64,000 nucleotides of DNA from an uncultured Gemmatimonadaceae bacterium (lineage in GTDB: Bacteria > Gemmatimonadota > Gemmatimonadetes > Gemmatimonadales > Gemmatimonadaceae). A model generated the notes under the pieces. That model had not been told where the DNA came from. It searched no databases and saw only the letters and a program-made list of their open reading frames with translations. The position numbers and the translations under genes are program-made. Shown here one piece after another: positions 46,012-56,995 of the stretch. Positions within the stretch are counted from its first letter, which is position 1. Every line of letters begins with the position of its first letter. Location of the stretch: NCBI GenBank assembly GCA_963829055.1, contig CAWHHI010000004.1:352001-416000 (forward strand), in the 5' to 3' direction.

Positions 46012-46164
46012 TTACCCGCCCCGCTTGAAGAATTGCACGGCACGCTCGTGCTTCTCGGCCGCCGCGCGCGACGTGAAGGTCCCGAGGTTCCGCCGCTTGC
46101 CCGTTTTCGGATCCTTCTTGCGCGAGTACAACCGGTAGCGACCGTCTTTCAGCTTTCGAATCAT
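46012..46164 (-). CDS. Small basic protein (50 aa)
   Basis: MIRKLKDGRYRLYSRKKDPKTGKRRNLGTFTSRAAAEKHERAVQFFKRGG. Confidence 0.75.
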   Translation of the reverse strand: MIRKLKDGRYRLYSRKKDPKTGKRRNLGTFTSRAAAEKHERAVQFFKRGG

Positions 46165-46171
46165 TGTCGAA

Positions 46172-46672
46172 TCATCGGCTGTGTGCGACGGGCGAGGGTG
46201 GCGAAGTCCGCGCCGCTGGCGCGCCGCGCGTGAACGCGATGTAGTCCGTAGGAACGGGTTCTCCGGCGCCATCGCGAATCACGAGTGCGACCTGCCCGCG
46301 GTGATACGCTCCGTGCAGCGCGACGTGCAGCAGGATGTCCTCGATCGTCGAGCGGAACGGCTGTCCGGCGCTGTTGCGGTAGTCGATCTCGCGCGCGAAG
46401 TCGTTTGGCGCCAACGACGTGAGGAGGGTGTCGAATGCCGCGGCGTTTCGTGCGGCGAGCGCCGCGCACGCATCGACCGACAGCGATGGCCAGACCGCGA
46501 CGTCCGACGGCCGGCCATCGATCCGCGCGAGCCACACCGCCTCGGCGCCCAGCACATGGGCGTAGATCGTGAGCGCTCTCTGCTCGGAGCCGGGTGATGC
46601 GCGCAGCGCGTCGAGCGCGGCGGCGTCGGCCCACTTCAGATGGTCGATGAGCTTGCGAATGTAGACGGTCAT
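46172..46672 (-). CDS. DinB family protein
   Basis: HVLGAEAVWLARI, ILLHVALHGAYHRGQV. Confidence 0.9.
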   Translation of the reverse strand: MTVYIRKLIDHLKWADAAALDALRASPGSEQRALTIYAHVLGAEAVWLARIDGRPSDVAVWPSLSVDACAALAARNAAAFDTLLTSLAPNDFAREIDYRNSAGQPFRSTIEDILLHVALHGAYHRGQVALVIRDGAGEPVPTDYIAFTRGAPAARTSPPSPVAHSR

Positions 46673-46705
46673 GGCAAACGCAGAAAACGCGGACGCGACT
46701 CCAGC

Positions 46706-47071
46706 TCAGTGGGCGTCGCGGTGCACACTCTGTGGACTGAACGCCGGGGTGCACACCGCAACGTACTCAGCGCCACCAGGCTCGGGGCTGCTGTAGCGCA
46801 CCCATTCGCCGGGATGCGTCACGACAGCCTGGCCTGCTCGCACATCGATCGCGCCTCGCTCATGCTCGACGCGCAACAGTCCGCGCAACACGAGCGTGAT
46901 CTCCTCGAACTCCGGGCGTTGTCCCGGCTCGGTCCACCCTTCGGGCGACACCATGCGTGCGACGCTCACGCCCGCGTGACCGGAATTCACTCGTCCGGCG
47001 AACTCCTCGATCTGTTTCGGCTTGGTGCCCGCCGCCGCGATGACGGTCGGTTGCTCGATCAATCTGGGCAT
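46706..47071 (-). CDS. Cupin domain protein
   Basis: IEEFAGRVNSG, EPGQRPEFEEITLVL, EWVRYSSP, AVCTPAFSP. Confidence 0.85.
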   Translation of the reverse strand: MPRLIEQPTVIAAAGTKPKQIEEFAGRVNSGHAGVSVARMVSPEGWTEPGQRPEFEEITLVLRGLLRVEHERGAIDVRAGQAVVTHPGEWVRYSSPEPGGAEYVAVCTPAFSPQSVHRDAH

Positions 47072-47096
47072 TGCGCGGTCAGGCGGCTCTGGACAC

Positions 47097-47612
47097 TCAG
47101 TGGAGGTGGGCGAACAGCCACTCGACCACGCGTTCCGGATGCACGCCGTCGCGCTGCTCGCGCGCGAGCGGATGATCGAGCTGATCGGCGAGGACGAATG
47201 TCGGTATGATCGCTGGCCCCGACAACGTGATCTCGCCCGGGAGTCCGAGTGTGGACGAGTAGCACGTGAGCGCGTTCGCGAGCGTCGCTTCGAAGGGCGG
47301 CTCGTCGAATTGCGCGGAATCATCCCACAACTCGCGCGTGCGCGAGTATGCGGCTTCGCTCACCTCTGCCCAGACACCCCAGGCGCACGCTTCTTCCTCG
47401 CCTCGCACCGGCATCGGCAGGAGGACGCGAAGAAAGAACCGTTGGTCGGAATCGGCGCCGTCATGGAGACGGCACTCATCGTCACCGACGGTCGCGCGCG
47501 CGTCGCGTTCTTCCGGCGGCAGGTCGAGATAGGCGTCCGGGTAGGTGTAGCCCGGTTCCATCTCGCTCAGGTCGTGCTCGCCCCCGCACGTCCCGCATCG
47601 AACCTTGTCCAT
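47097..47612 (-). CDS. DUF2199-like protein
   Basis: CGTCGGEH, FFLRVLLPMPV, WGVWAEVSE, HPLAREQRDG. Confidence 0.75.
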   Translation of the reverse strand: MDKVRCGTCGGEHDLSEMEPGYTYPDAYLDLPPEERDARATVGDDECRLHDGADSDQRFFLRVLLPMPVRGEEEACAWGVWAEVSEAAYSRTRELWDDSAQFDEPPFEATLANALTCYSSTLGLPGEITLSGPAIIPTFVLADQLDHPLAREQRDGVHPERVVEWLFAHLH

Positions 47613-47775
47613 GCGATTCCACCTCGTAGCTGCCCGGCCAGTCGACGAAGCGTCGTCGATCCTCTTGGCCGGGACTATGGGGGGTGGACCGGTCGATGTC
47701 CAGAAGAAAGATGTGCGGTCTTGCGCGGGTGTTGCGACATTTGCCGATTTCGAGCGCGGCGGGTACCGCGCGACG

Positions 47776-48032
47776 TTAGGCGATGGCGAGCGCGGCCAGA
47801 AATCCCGCGGGCAAATACGTCTGTTTGCCGGCTGACCCGCGCGGCCTATCCAGGGTCGCGACCTTGACTTCTCCGCGGCGCGCAACGGCGATCTCGTCGA
47901 GGATGGGCTCGATCAACCGACACGGCGGACACCACGTGGCCGGGAAGTCGACGAGCGTCAGTCCTTTCGACTGCTCGATTTCCCTGCGCGACTGTGCGTC
48001 AGTAACGGCGATGGCGGTGGCCAGGATGACAC
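47776..48032 (-). pseudogene. Truncated thioredoxin
   Basis: LVDFPATWCPPCRLIEPILDEIA...VKVATLD, then unrelated sequence; the C-terminal third is absent. Confidence 0.65.
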
Positions 48033-48212
48033 TCCCTCCGCGCCAGGTCATGGACCCGGCGCCCGATGGCGTTAGGCGAGCTGAAGCCATGGGGTGCGAG
48101 CAACGTCATCCGACCTGGGTCTGACGTCATCCGGCTATGTCAACACCGATCCAGTACGGCGATGCGGTCCTCGATGCGGTCGCGAAGGCGCGCACGATGT
48201 AGAGAACATCAA

Positions 48213-48670
48213 TTACTCCGACGCGACGCCCCGAATTTCTAAACGCAGTGACAGCCGCCGTTCGGCCAACCGTGCGAGCGTGTCCGGCGCGAGATCCGCC
48301 GCCCGATCGATGTCGTGCACGTACAACCCGCACACCACCACGACCTCGGCCCACCCCGCCAGCGATTCCCAGAGTGCCGGGTCGGCCGGCAGCCGTTCGA
48401 GCAGCGTATCGATGGCGTCTCCGAGCTCCCACTCCGGAGAGGCGGGGAGCGTGTAGCTCCAGATGCCCGTGCGCTGCGCGACGGGCACGCCGTCGAGATC
48501 GATCGCCTCTCCCTTCCGCGCGGCGCGTGTCGGGTTCGCGTTCAGCATGCGCGTGATGCGCTCCGGGTCGAGGTCGTCTCCGGTGACGCGCAGCTCGATC
48601 TCGAGCCGGTCGATGTCGCGGCCAGTCGGAGAGTCGTCGCCGGTTGGTTCGCGTCACGCGGACACGGCAT
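48213..48670 (-). CDS. DUF4279-like protein
   Basis: LRVTGDDLDPERITRML...KGE...GIWSY; start uncertain. Confidence 0.6.
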
Positions 48671-48689
48671 GCGCGGCGTCCGCGCCACG

Positions 48690-49194
48690 TCACGCGGTCT
48701 CGCACCTGCGAGAGATGGTGCTCGAGGTGCGCGACGTAGTCGCGCATGAGGTCATTGAGCGCCGCGGGCTCGTCGGCCGCATAGAGTTGCCAGCCGAGTT
48801 GATCCATGTTGTGGCGCGTGTGCTTGCGGTAGCGCACGTCGGCGGGCACGGCGTCCATAACGCGAACGAGGTGCCGGTTGTACGCCTGCCACAACGTGAC
48901 GATCTCGGCCCACGGCGCCGTCGCGTACCCTTGCAGGCGGACCCAATCGTCCTGCGCGTAGCCCGGGAACACGAGGTCGTCCTGGCTGTTCGCGCGCACG
49001 AAGCGCTGATGGTTGTTCGCCGCCGAGTCGATGAGATGGCCAATGATCTCCTTCGTGGACCATGCGCCGGGTTTCGGCCGCCACGTCACCGTCGCCTCAG
49101 GCAGTCCCTCGAGCCATGGCGTGGCGTCGTCGATGGTGCGTTCGAGGTCGCGAATGAAATCGGTGGTGGCGAGGTGCGCAGGATTCGTGGTCAT
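48690..49194 (-). CDS. DinB family protein
   Basis: WSTKEIIGHLIDSAANNHQRF, DYVAHLEHHLSQV; end approximate. Confidence 0.85.
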
Positions 49195-49223
49195 GGCATG
49201 GTGCACGGTAGAAGCGTCGGTGC

Positions 49224-49746
49224 CTAACGTGTAAGGCGCTCGTCGGGCGGAAATGGCAGCTCGAGCGTTCCGCCTGCCGGCACCGCGTCCAGCTGCGCGA
49301 ACAGCTCGGCGCGTCGCTGTCGGATGCGGGCGAGGTCGTCGTCGGTGAGGACAGGCGGCGGCGTTCGGAGGTTGTGGTCGCTGTAGTAGCCAGCGGCCTT
49401 GTCGTTGAACTCACGCAGCGGACCAGCGGGTGCCGCTCGCGCGCTCGGTGTCGAGGAAGCCGACGATGAGCTCCGCGGGGTCGGCGTCGTCGGGAATGCG
49501 TCCGCGCGGCCACGGTGCGCCGAAATCCGACAGGTTCCAGCCGTCCGCGACCATGCCGTAGAACGCACGGCGATAGCCGAGTACGGTCTCGACCGCGTAG
49601 TGCGTGAGGTCGTGTCGTGGGAAGAACAGTCCCTGCGCTCCCTGCTGCCGCTGCCACGTGACCGTTCCGTCCGCGCGCGTGCACGAGAGCGCGGCCGAGC
49701 CGTCGGCGTTCTTCTTGATGCGAATGGTTAGGCGTGGCCTGTTCAT
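49224..49746 (-). CDS. Hypothetical protein with HDLTHYAVE motif (frameshifted)
   Basis: CTRADGTVTW...HDLTHYAVETVLG...FYGMVADGW. Confidence 0.65.
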
Positions 49747-49935
49747 GGCGCGTCCGTTGGCGAGACGGGTGAACCTCGACTTCCAGGGAAAGAAAGCCGC
49801 TTTCACCCTGTTGGGACAGCGGACTACGGGCCAGAGGAAGGAGGCCTCAGGAAGGAGGGAAAAGGCGCTGCTACCGCGACACTTTCGATTTCTTGCTCGT
49901 TGATCGGCCGCGTGACCTCGTATAGCGTTCACGCC

Positions 49936-50800
49936 ATGAACCGGATCGCCCTTCTTCTCCAGACGCCCGCCGTGGCATTGCTGGCGCATGACCATCCAGC
50001 GGGCGCCGCGCACTGCGATCCGGACCATGAGATGGCGACGAAGGACTCGATCAGCTTCGTCGAGGCGGGCACGTTCGACGCGCACGTCAACGACGAACAC
50101 TGGCAGCTCGCGCCGGGCACGCTGTTCGTCGCGCGGCGTGGGATGGCGTACTCGTGTCGACACGCGGAGGAGGTCCCGAGTGACCGATGCTTGACGGTGG
50201 CATACACCGACGGCGCGGTCGAGGATCTCATGCGGGTCGACCTGCCGGCGCTCAGGCCGCCGCTCGCGCGCATGTCCGCGCGACGGCAGTATCTGCATCA
50301 TCGGATCCGGTCGTGCGCCGAGGGTGACGCGCTGCGGCTCGAGCTGTTGGCCGGCGCGCTGTTCGAGTCGCTGGCGTCCAACACGCAGTCAGGGCCGGCG
50401 CGTCTCGATGGGCGGGTGACGCCGCTCATGCGCCGGATCGACCGCGCGGTGGAGTTGATCGAGACGGATTTCGCGCGCGACCTGACGTTAGGCGATCTGG
50501 CGACTGCGGCGGGCTTGAGCCCGTACTACTTCGCCCGAGCGTTTCAGCGTTTCGTGGGCGTCCCGCCGCATCGCTACCTGACGGGCGTGCGTCTCCGCCA
50601 CGCGGCGCGACTCCTGGATCGAGGGCGCGGCGGTCACGTACACGTGCTACGAGGTGGGCTTTGGATCGCTGAGCCACTTCGTGACCGCCTTTCGTAGACG
50701 GTTTGGTGTGCTACCGTCCGCGGCGCGTCGCGGATCACCGATTCCGCCGCTGCGTGCGGGGCTGTCGGCTCCTACATGGGTGAAGCGATTGAAGGCGTAG
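49936..50800 (+). CDS. AraC family regulator
   Basis: LTLGDLATAAGLSPYYFARAF, VGFGSLSHFVTAFRRRFG. Confidence 0.9.
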
Positions 50801-50991
50801 AGTTGCGTCGCGCCGGGGCCGGTGGGGACTACGATTGGGCGGATCTGTACTGCGAAACTACCGGATACGGCTTTGCATTCCCGCATCGTCGCGCCGCGGT
50901 CGGTGGGAACTGCGATTTCGCGGATGACACGGAAGAAGCAGGATAGTGCGTTACGGCGAGCCGGCTCCTCTCGCCACGAGCCGGGAACTCT

Positions 50992-51039
50992 TGGGAACGG
51001 CCGCTCGGGACGCAGGAGTCTCCCGAGCGGCCGTTCCCA
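50992..51039. repeat. 19-bp perfect inverted repeat
   Basis: TGGGAACGGCCGCTCGGGA / TCCCGAGCGGCCGTTCCCA. Confidence 0.65.
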
Positions 51040-51281
51040 TTAGTTCAGAGTCCGGCGATGAGCCAGCGTCGATGCAAAGCCGTATCCGGCCGTTTTCCGT
51101 GTCATCCGCCAGATCGTAGTTCCCACCGGCCGCGGCGCGATGATGCCTCGGACAGCAAGAACCCGAAAGTATTCGCCACTCCACTTCATAGGTTGTCGCG
51201 TGCCTGACGTGATCCGCGCTCGATCCGCTACACGTTAGGCAAAACAGCAATCAACCTTCTCGAACGTGGAGTGAACCTGCA

Positions 51282-51705
51282 ATGAATGATCTGCTCTTGA
51301 ATCGCTGGACCGAGATCGGCGACAAGATGGTCAAGCTCGCCGAGGAGTTCCCCGAAGATCGATACGATGCTCGCCCCGTGGCCGACATCCGTTCGTTCGC
51401 GGATCAGCTGCGTCACGTGGCGTTCTGGAATCGCTACGTGCAGAAGACGCTCCGTCGCGAGGAGGCCGACGGGCAGGCCAACGAGCTGCCGGCGAACGAG
51501 CTATCCGACGCAAGCCGAAGATCGTGAAGGTGCTGCGCTCGACGTTCGACGACGTCGCGAAGGAGTTCGGCGGGATGAACGGCAGCGCGAGCAGGCCGAC
51601 GCCGACACCATGGTGTCGTTCATCGAGCACGGCGGCGAGCACTACGGACAGCTCGTCGTGTACGCGCGCCTCGCCGGAGTCGTTCCGCCGGCGTCGCGGG
51701 CCTGA
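51282..51705 (+). CDS. DinB family protein (frameshifted)
   Basis: RSFADQLRHVA, IEHGGEHYGQLVVYARLAGVVPP. Confidence 0.85.
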
Positions 51706-51749
51706 CGCCGCCGAGGAGCGCTGGCCGCCACGATCGGCGGCCAGCGTTC

Positions 51750-52576
51750 GCTCTGACCCGAGCGGCCTGCTCGGTGAGCGCGGTGCCGAGCACGTTGCAG
51801 CACAGCACCGTGAGGAAGATGAACGCGCCGGGGAAGATGCCGAGCCACGGCTCGGAGCTCATCGTCGTCTGCGCCTGGTAGAGCATGTTCCCCCAGCTCG
51901 CGGTCGGCGGCTGCACGCCGACGCCGAAGAAGCTGAGCGCACTCTCGAGCAGGATGCCTCGGCCGACGGCGAGCGTCGTCGCGACGGCGGCGGTCGGCAG
52001 CACGCCGGGCAGGACGTGGCGCATCACGACACGCGTGCGGACGTCGCACCCACCGCGCGCGCCGCGGTCACGAAGTCGTTCGCCTTGATCGACTGCACCT
52101 CGGCGCGGACGACGCGCGCCGTCTCCATCCACCCCGCCGCGCCGACGAGCACGATCAGCAGCGGCACGCTCGGCGTGAGCACCGCGGCGGCGATCATGAG
52201 CAGCGGCAGGCGCGGGACGGACGAGCATGGCGTCGGTGACGCGCATGAGCACGCGCGTCGACCCATCGACCGCGTCCAGCCGGCCGTCGCGCCGATCGCT
52301 GACGCCGATCGCGCACGCTCACGGCGGCCGACACGAGGCCGACCGCGAGCGAGACGCGCGCGCCGAACAGCACGCGCGTGAACAGATCGCGCCCAAGCTC
52401 GTCGGTGCCGAACCAGTGTGCAGCGGACGGCGCCCGCGCCGATGCGCGAGGTCGAGCGCGTCGAACGCGTACGGCGCGATCAGCGGCGCGAGCGCCGCGA
52501 GCACGACGAGCGCGACGAGGACTCCGACGGCGACGGCCGCCTGACGCGGACGATCGCGATCGGCTCGCGGCCTCAC
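51750..52576 (-). CDS. Peptide ABC transporter permease (DppC/OppC-like)
   Basis: [33 protein letters not shown]...WGNML; end approximate. Confidence 0.85.
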
Positions 52577-53526
52577 GCCGCGTCCCGCGTGCGCGGGTCG
52601 AGCGCGTGCACGGCGACGTCGGCGAGGAAGCTCAGCATCACGACGGCGACCGACGCGCACATGAGGAACGCCATGAGCACCGTGTAGTCGCGCTTCGCGA
52701 GCGCCTCGGTGAACAGGCTGCCAATGCCCGGCCACGCGAACACGCTCTCGGTCACGACCGCGCCGGACGCCATGATCGACGCGTCGAGCAGCACGACGGT
52801 CGCGAACGGCAGCAGCGCGTGCCGCAGCGCGTGGCGCAGAACGATGCGGCGCTTCGCTCACGCCACGGGCGCGCGCGGCGTTCGCGAACGGCTGCGCGAG
52901 CGCGAGCCGCAACCGAGCCGCGCAGGTAGCGCGACCAGCCCGCGGCGTGCGCGACGGCGAGCACCGTGACCGGCAGGACGAGGTGCGCGAGCCGATCCGC
53001 GAAGTCCGCCGCCGCCGAACGACGCCGTCCCGACGACGGCAGCCAGCCTAACGTGTTGCTGAACAGCGAGCTGCAGCACGAGCCCGAACCAGAACACCGG
53101 AAGCGAGAGGCCGGCGACCGCGACGACGCTCGCCGCTCGATCGACGCCGCGTCGCAGCGCGGCTCGCGATGCCGACGACGATGGAGACGAGCACCGCCAG
53201 CGATCGTCGACACGCCGACGAGCTGCAGCGTCGCCGGGACGCGCTCGAGCATGCGCTCGAGCACCGGACGGCCGTCGGCGTAGCTGTAGCCCCAGTCGCC
53301 TCGCACGAACGCGCCAGAGCCACGAGAGGTACTGGGCGCCGAGCGGCCGGTCGAGCCCCATCGCGCGCCGCAGGCGCTCGATGTCCTCGGGCCGGACGTT
53401 CGGGTTGTCGAGGTAGAGGCTGAGCGGACCGCCCGGCGCCGCGTGGATCAGCGCGAAGACGAGCAGGGACACGATGAGCAGCAGCGGGACGGCCTGCGCG
53501 AACCGGCGGGCGGCGAACCGCATCAC
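52573..53526 (-). CDS. Peptide ABC transporter permease (DppB/OppB-like)
   Basis: [34 protein letters not shown]. Confidence 0.9.
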
Positions 53527-53576
53527 GTATGCAGGATCACGGGTGCGGACGCGGGCACGTTAGGCCGCAGCGACCG

Positions 53577-55190
53577 TCACCGCTTCGCGGCGGCGAGTTC
53601 CCACTCGTGCACGTTCCAGAACGGCCCGGCGTTCGTCGGATTGCCCTTGAAGTTGCGCAGCGCCGCCGGCACGGCGTCGATCTTGGCCGTGTTGTACAGC
53701 ACGAGCTCCGGCACCAGCTCCGCGACGCGCCGCTGCGCCGCACGCAGCAGCTCGCGCGCGCTTCGCCTGATCGACCGTGCGATCCGACGCGTACAGCACG
53801 CGCGTGAGCGAGTCGTCCGCGAAGTAGTTGATGTTGCGCCCCGCCGGCGGCGTACGGTCGGCGGCGAAGAACAGCGTGATCTCCGGGATCGGCGCCGGAC
53901 TGCCACCAGTGCAGCATCGCGTCGAAGTCGCCGCTGAACCACACCGAGCTGATCGACGTGCCGTCGATGAGCTTGACCGACGCGTTCACGCCGACGTCGC
54001 GGAACTGCCGCTGAATCGCCTGCGCGACGTTCTCGCGAATCGCGAACCCCGCCTGCGTGATGAGCGTGAACGCGAGCGGCTTGCCGTCCTTCGCGCGAAT
54101 CCCGTCGGCGCCGCGCTTCCAGCCCGCCTCGTCGAGCAGACGATTCGCCGCCGCGGTGTCGTAGTCGTACCGCGTGACGTTAGGCTCGTACGCCCACGAC
54201 AGCGGCTGGATCGGTCCGTTCGACCGTCGTGACGAGGCTGTCGAGGATCGTCCGCACGAGCAGCTCGCGGTCGATCGCGTGCGCGAGCGCCTGACGCACG
54301 CGCACGTCCGCGAACGGCGGGAAGTGTTTCTCGTTCAGCGTCACGTGCTCGTAGCCGTTGCCGAGCACCTGGTTGAGGCGCACGCCGGCAGCGTCCCGCA
54401 GCTCGCGCACCTTGTCCCACGGCACGAGCGCGACGAGGTGCACCTCGCCCGACTTGAGCTGGTTGATGCGCGTCGTCGTGTTCGGCGAGGAAGCGAAACA
54501 GGATGCGGTCGATCTTCGGATACTCGGCGCCGCGCCAGTAGTCCTTGGACCTTCTCGAGCAGCACGTACTCGCCGGTCTTCCATTCGGCGATCCGATACG
54601 GACCGGTGCCGAGCGGGTTGCGGTTGTAGTCGTTCGCCTTGTCGATGTCGCGGCCGTCGAGCAGGTGCTTGGGCAGCGTGCCGCGGAAGAACTGCATCTG
54701 ATAGGGCGCGTAGACTTCCTTGTAGTGCACGACCGCCGTGAGCGAATCCGGCGTGTCGACCGACGCGATGCGGTCGAAGCCGTCGGTGCTCTCGGGCTTC
54801 CAGTCGCCCTTGTTGATCGCGTCGACGGTGAACTTGACGTCGGCCGACGTGTGCGGCTTGCCGTCGTGCCACTTCACGCCGGGCCGCAGCTTCCACGTGA
54901 CGTCCATGCCGCCGTCGGGGCGCAGCTACGACGCCGCCGTTCTCGAGCGTCGGAATCTCGGCGGCGAGCACGGGCACGACGTTCATCTTCTCGTCGCTCG
55001 TGACGAGCCCTTCGACGACGCACGACTGGATGTCCTCGAGGATGTGCGTCGCGTAGCGGTTCATCGTGTCGGGCTCGCGATCGTAGCCGACGATGAGCAG
55101 GTCGTTCGACGGCGCCGGCGCGGTTGCCGCCGTCCTTGCGCAGCCAGCGCTGCGAGCGCAAGGCCGAGGAGAGTCGACGCAAGCCTGTCA
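53577..55190 (-). CDS. Peptide ABC transporter substrate-binding protein (family 5)
   Basis: KLRPGVKWHDG, GTGPY, DVRVRQALAHAIDRE; start approximate. Confidence 0.9.
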
Positions 55191-55262
55191 TTCCGAGCGG
55201 AGCACCGAAGCGTCGCGGAGTCGAGGAATCGCGCTCATCCCGGTCGAGGGACGAGCCTCGAG
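55186..55262. repeat. Half copy of the TGTCATTCCGAGCG palindromic element
   Basis: TGTCATTCCGAGCGGAGC...GAGGAATCG matches the left arms at 31326 and 38231. Confidence 0.65.
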
Positions 55263-56995
55263 TCATCATGCGCGCGACGAGCGGAACCGGAATCGACCCG
55301 TAACCGAGCAGCTCGTCGTGAAACCGCCTGAGCGAGAACGCGCGCCCCTTCACGCCGCTTGCATCTCGGCTCGCAGGTCGTGAATCGCCTGCGTGCCTAA
55401 CCAGTACATGATCGCCGTACACGGAAACATCGAATTCTTGACGGCCTCGGCCCGCGCGGCGTCGGTCGCTCATTCCGACCTGCTCGACGTAGAACCGCAC
55501 AGCATCCGTCGAACGACATCGTTCGCTGATGCAGCTCGATGTCGACGATCGCCCGCGCGAGCAAGCGCACGCGCGAGTGCTGCTGCGACACGCGCTCGAG
55601 CGGCGTGAGGAACCCGAGCTCCTCCATGAGCTCCGTCGCGTAGCACGCCCACCCCTCGGCCATCGTGCCGCCGCAGAACATGCCGATGCGGTTCGCGCAG
55701 TCGACGGCGGCGACCTTGCCCGACGCGCGATCGCGTGCTGATGATAGGCGTGCCAGTTCTGCACGTGATGGCCGATCGCGCCGTGGTGCACGACGTGATT
55801 CAGCTTGATCGTGCTGTGGTTCCACACGCGGAGATGCTGCTCGGCCGCGTCGGGCTCCGCCGGCAAGCGGCGGCACGACGTAGTCGTACGTCGTGTACGG
55901 GTCGAACGGCGCCGGCGATCGGTAGTACAGATAGTAGAGGTACGGCGCGGCGTCGGCGGTCCACGCGGGGAAGGGGACGTAGCGAATGGGCCAGTCGGGC
56001 CAGTGACGACGTTCGCCGCCTCGGCGCGCTCGCGGCACGCGCGCCCACGTCTCGTGAAAGCCTCGAGAGTACTCGTCAGGCGACGGGTGATCGGCCGCGA
56101 GCTGGGCCTGCACGTCCTGCCCACGAGCCGGCGACCGTCGCGCGCCATCGCGTCGAGCTCGCGCGCGCTCGGCCGTCGAATCGCTCGCGCACCTCGGCGA
56201 GCAGGTCGGCGCGCGAGCGCGTGCAGTGATGACCGCGCGAGAGCAGCAGGTCGAACAGCTCGGGGCCGCACGCCATCGCCGTCGTCGGGAGCCGCCGGGT
56301 GGCGCCCGCAGCCAGCGTCGCGAACGCCCGAAGCGCCGGCTCGCGCTGCGCGGCCGCGTGATGCAGCACTGCGATCGCGTGCGTCGGCGCCGAGCGCGAT
56401 CCACGCCGCGATCCATCGTCGCGATGCCGCTGCCCGAGCAGATCGCGGCGCGCCTGTCGCACATCGCGCAGTGCGCGCGGTCGACGTCCACGGCTCGTCG
56501 GCGAGCGGCGCGACCGACGGCGACGCCTGGCTCGTCGACGCAGTGTCATGCCACGCGGCGTCGAGGAACGCCGGCAATGCCTCGAGCCGTCGCAGCCGCG
56601 ACTCGATCCGCTTCGCAGTCGGCGCGAAGTCGCGGATCATCAGCGAGATGATCGAGAAGACCGCTTCGCCCGTCCACAGCGCCGGATTCCCTCGCGGCCC
56701 ATGCAGGCTCGCATTCTCCGCGCGCTGAATCTCGAGAAAGCCGCGCGCGAGCTCGGCGTCGAGCAGCTCCGGACTGTTCGCGAAAGCCGCGGCGCGACGC
56801 CGGCGCCGGATACTCGCGCGCGAGCTGCCGCGCCTAACGACTGCATCTCGTCGTCCAGCGCCGCGAGCCCGTCGGGCGACCAGTCGGGAAGCCGGTCGTC
56901 GTAGTCGTGCACGCCGGTGAACGTCGCGTTCACCGGACGCCGCGCGTAGTAGTGGTCGAAGAAGTCGTCGATGCGCCGTCACGCCGCTGCGCTCA
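55260..56995 (-). CDS. DUF885 family protein (paralog 2, frameshifted)
   Basis: PVNATFTGVHDYDDRLPD, NHVVHHGAIGHHVQ, MAEGWACYA, FHDELLGYGSIP. Confidence 0.75.

Noticed and set aside
48127..49206. DinB-DUF4279 fusion implied by the 359-aa ORF
   Set aside because: The DUF4279-like sequence is in a different frame, so the read-through is likely an indel artefact at the DinB stop.
15525..55262. CRISPR array
   Set aside because: The repeats are dispersed palindromes, not regularly spaced direct repeats with unique spacers, and no cas genes are present.
54874..56982. 702-aa ORF as a novel protein
   Set aside because: It is a mosaic of frames from the frameshifted DUF885 gene running into the SBP gene.
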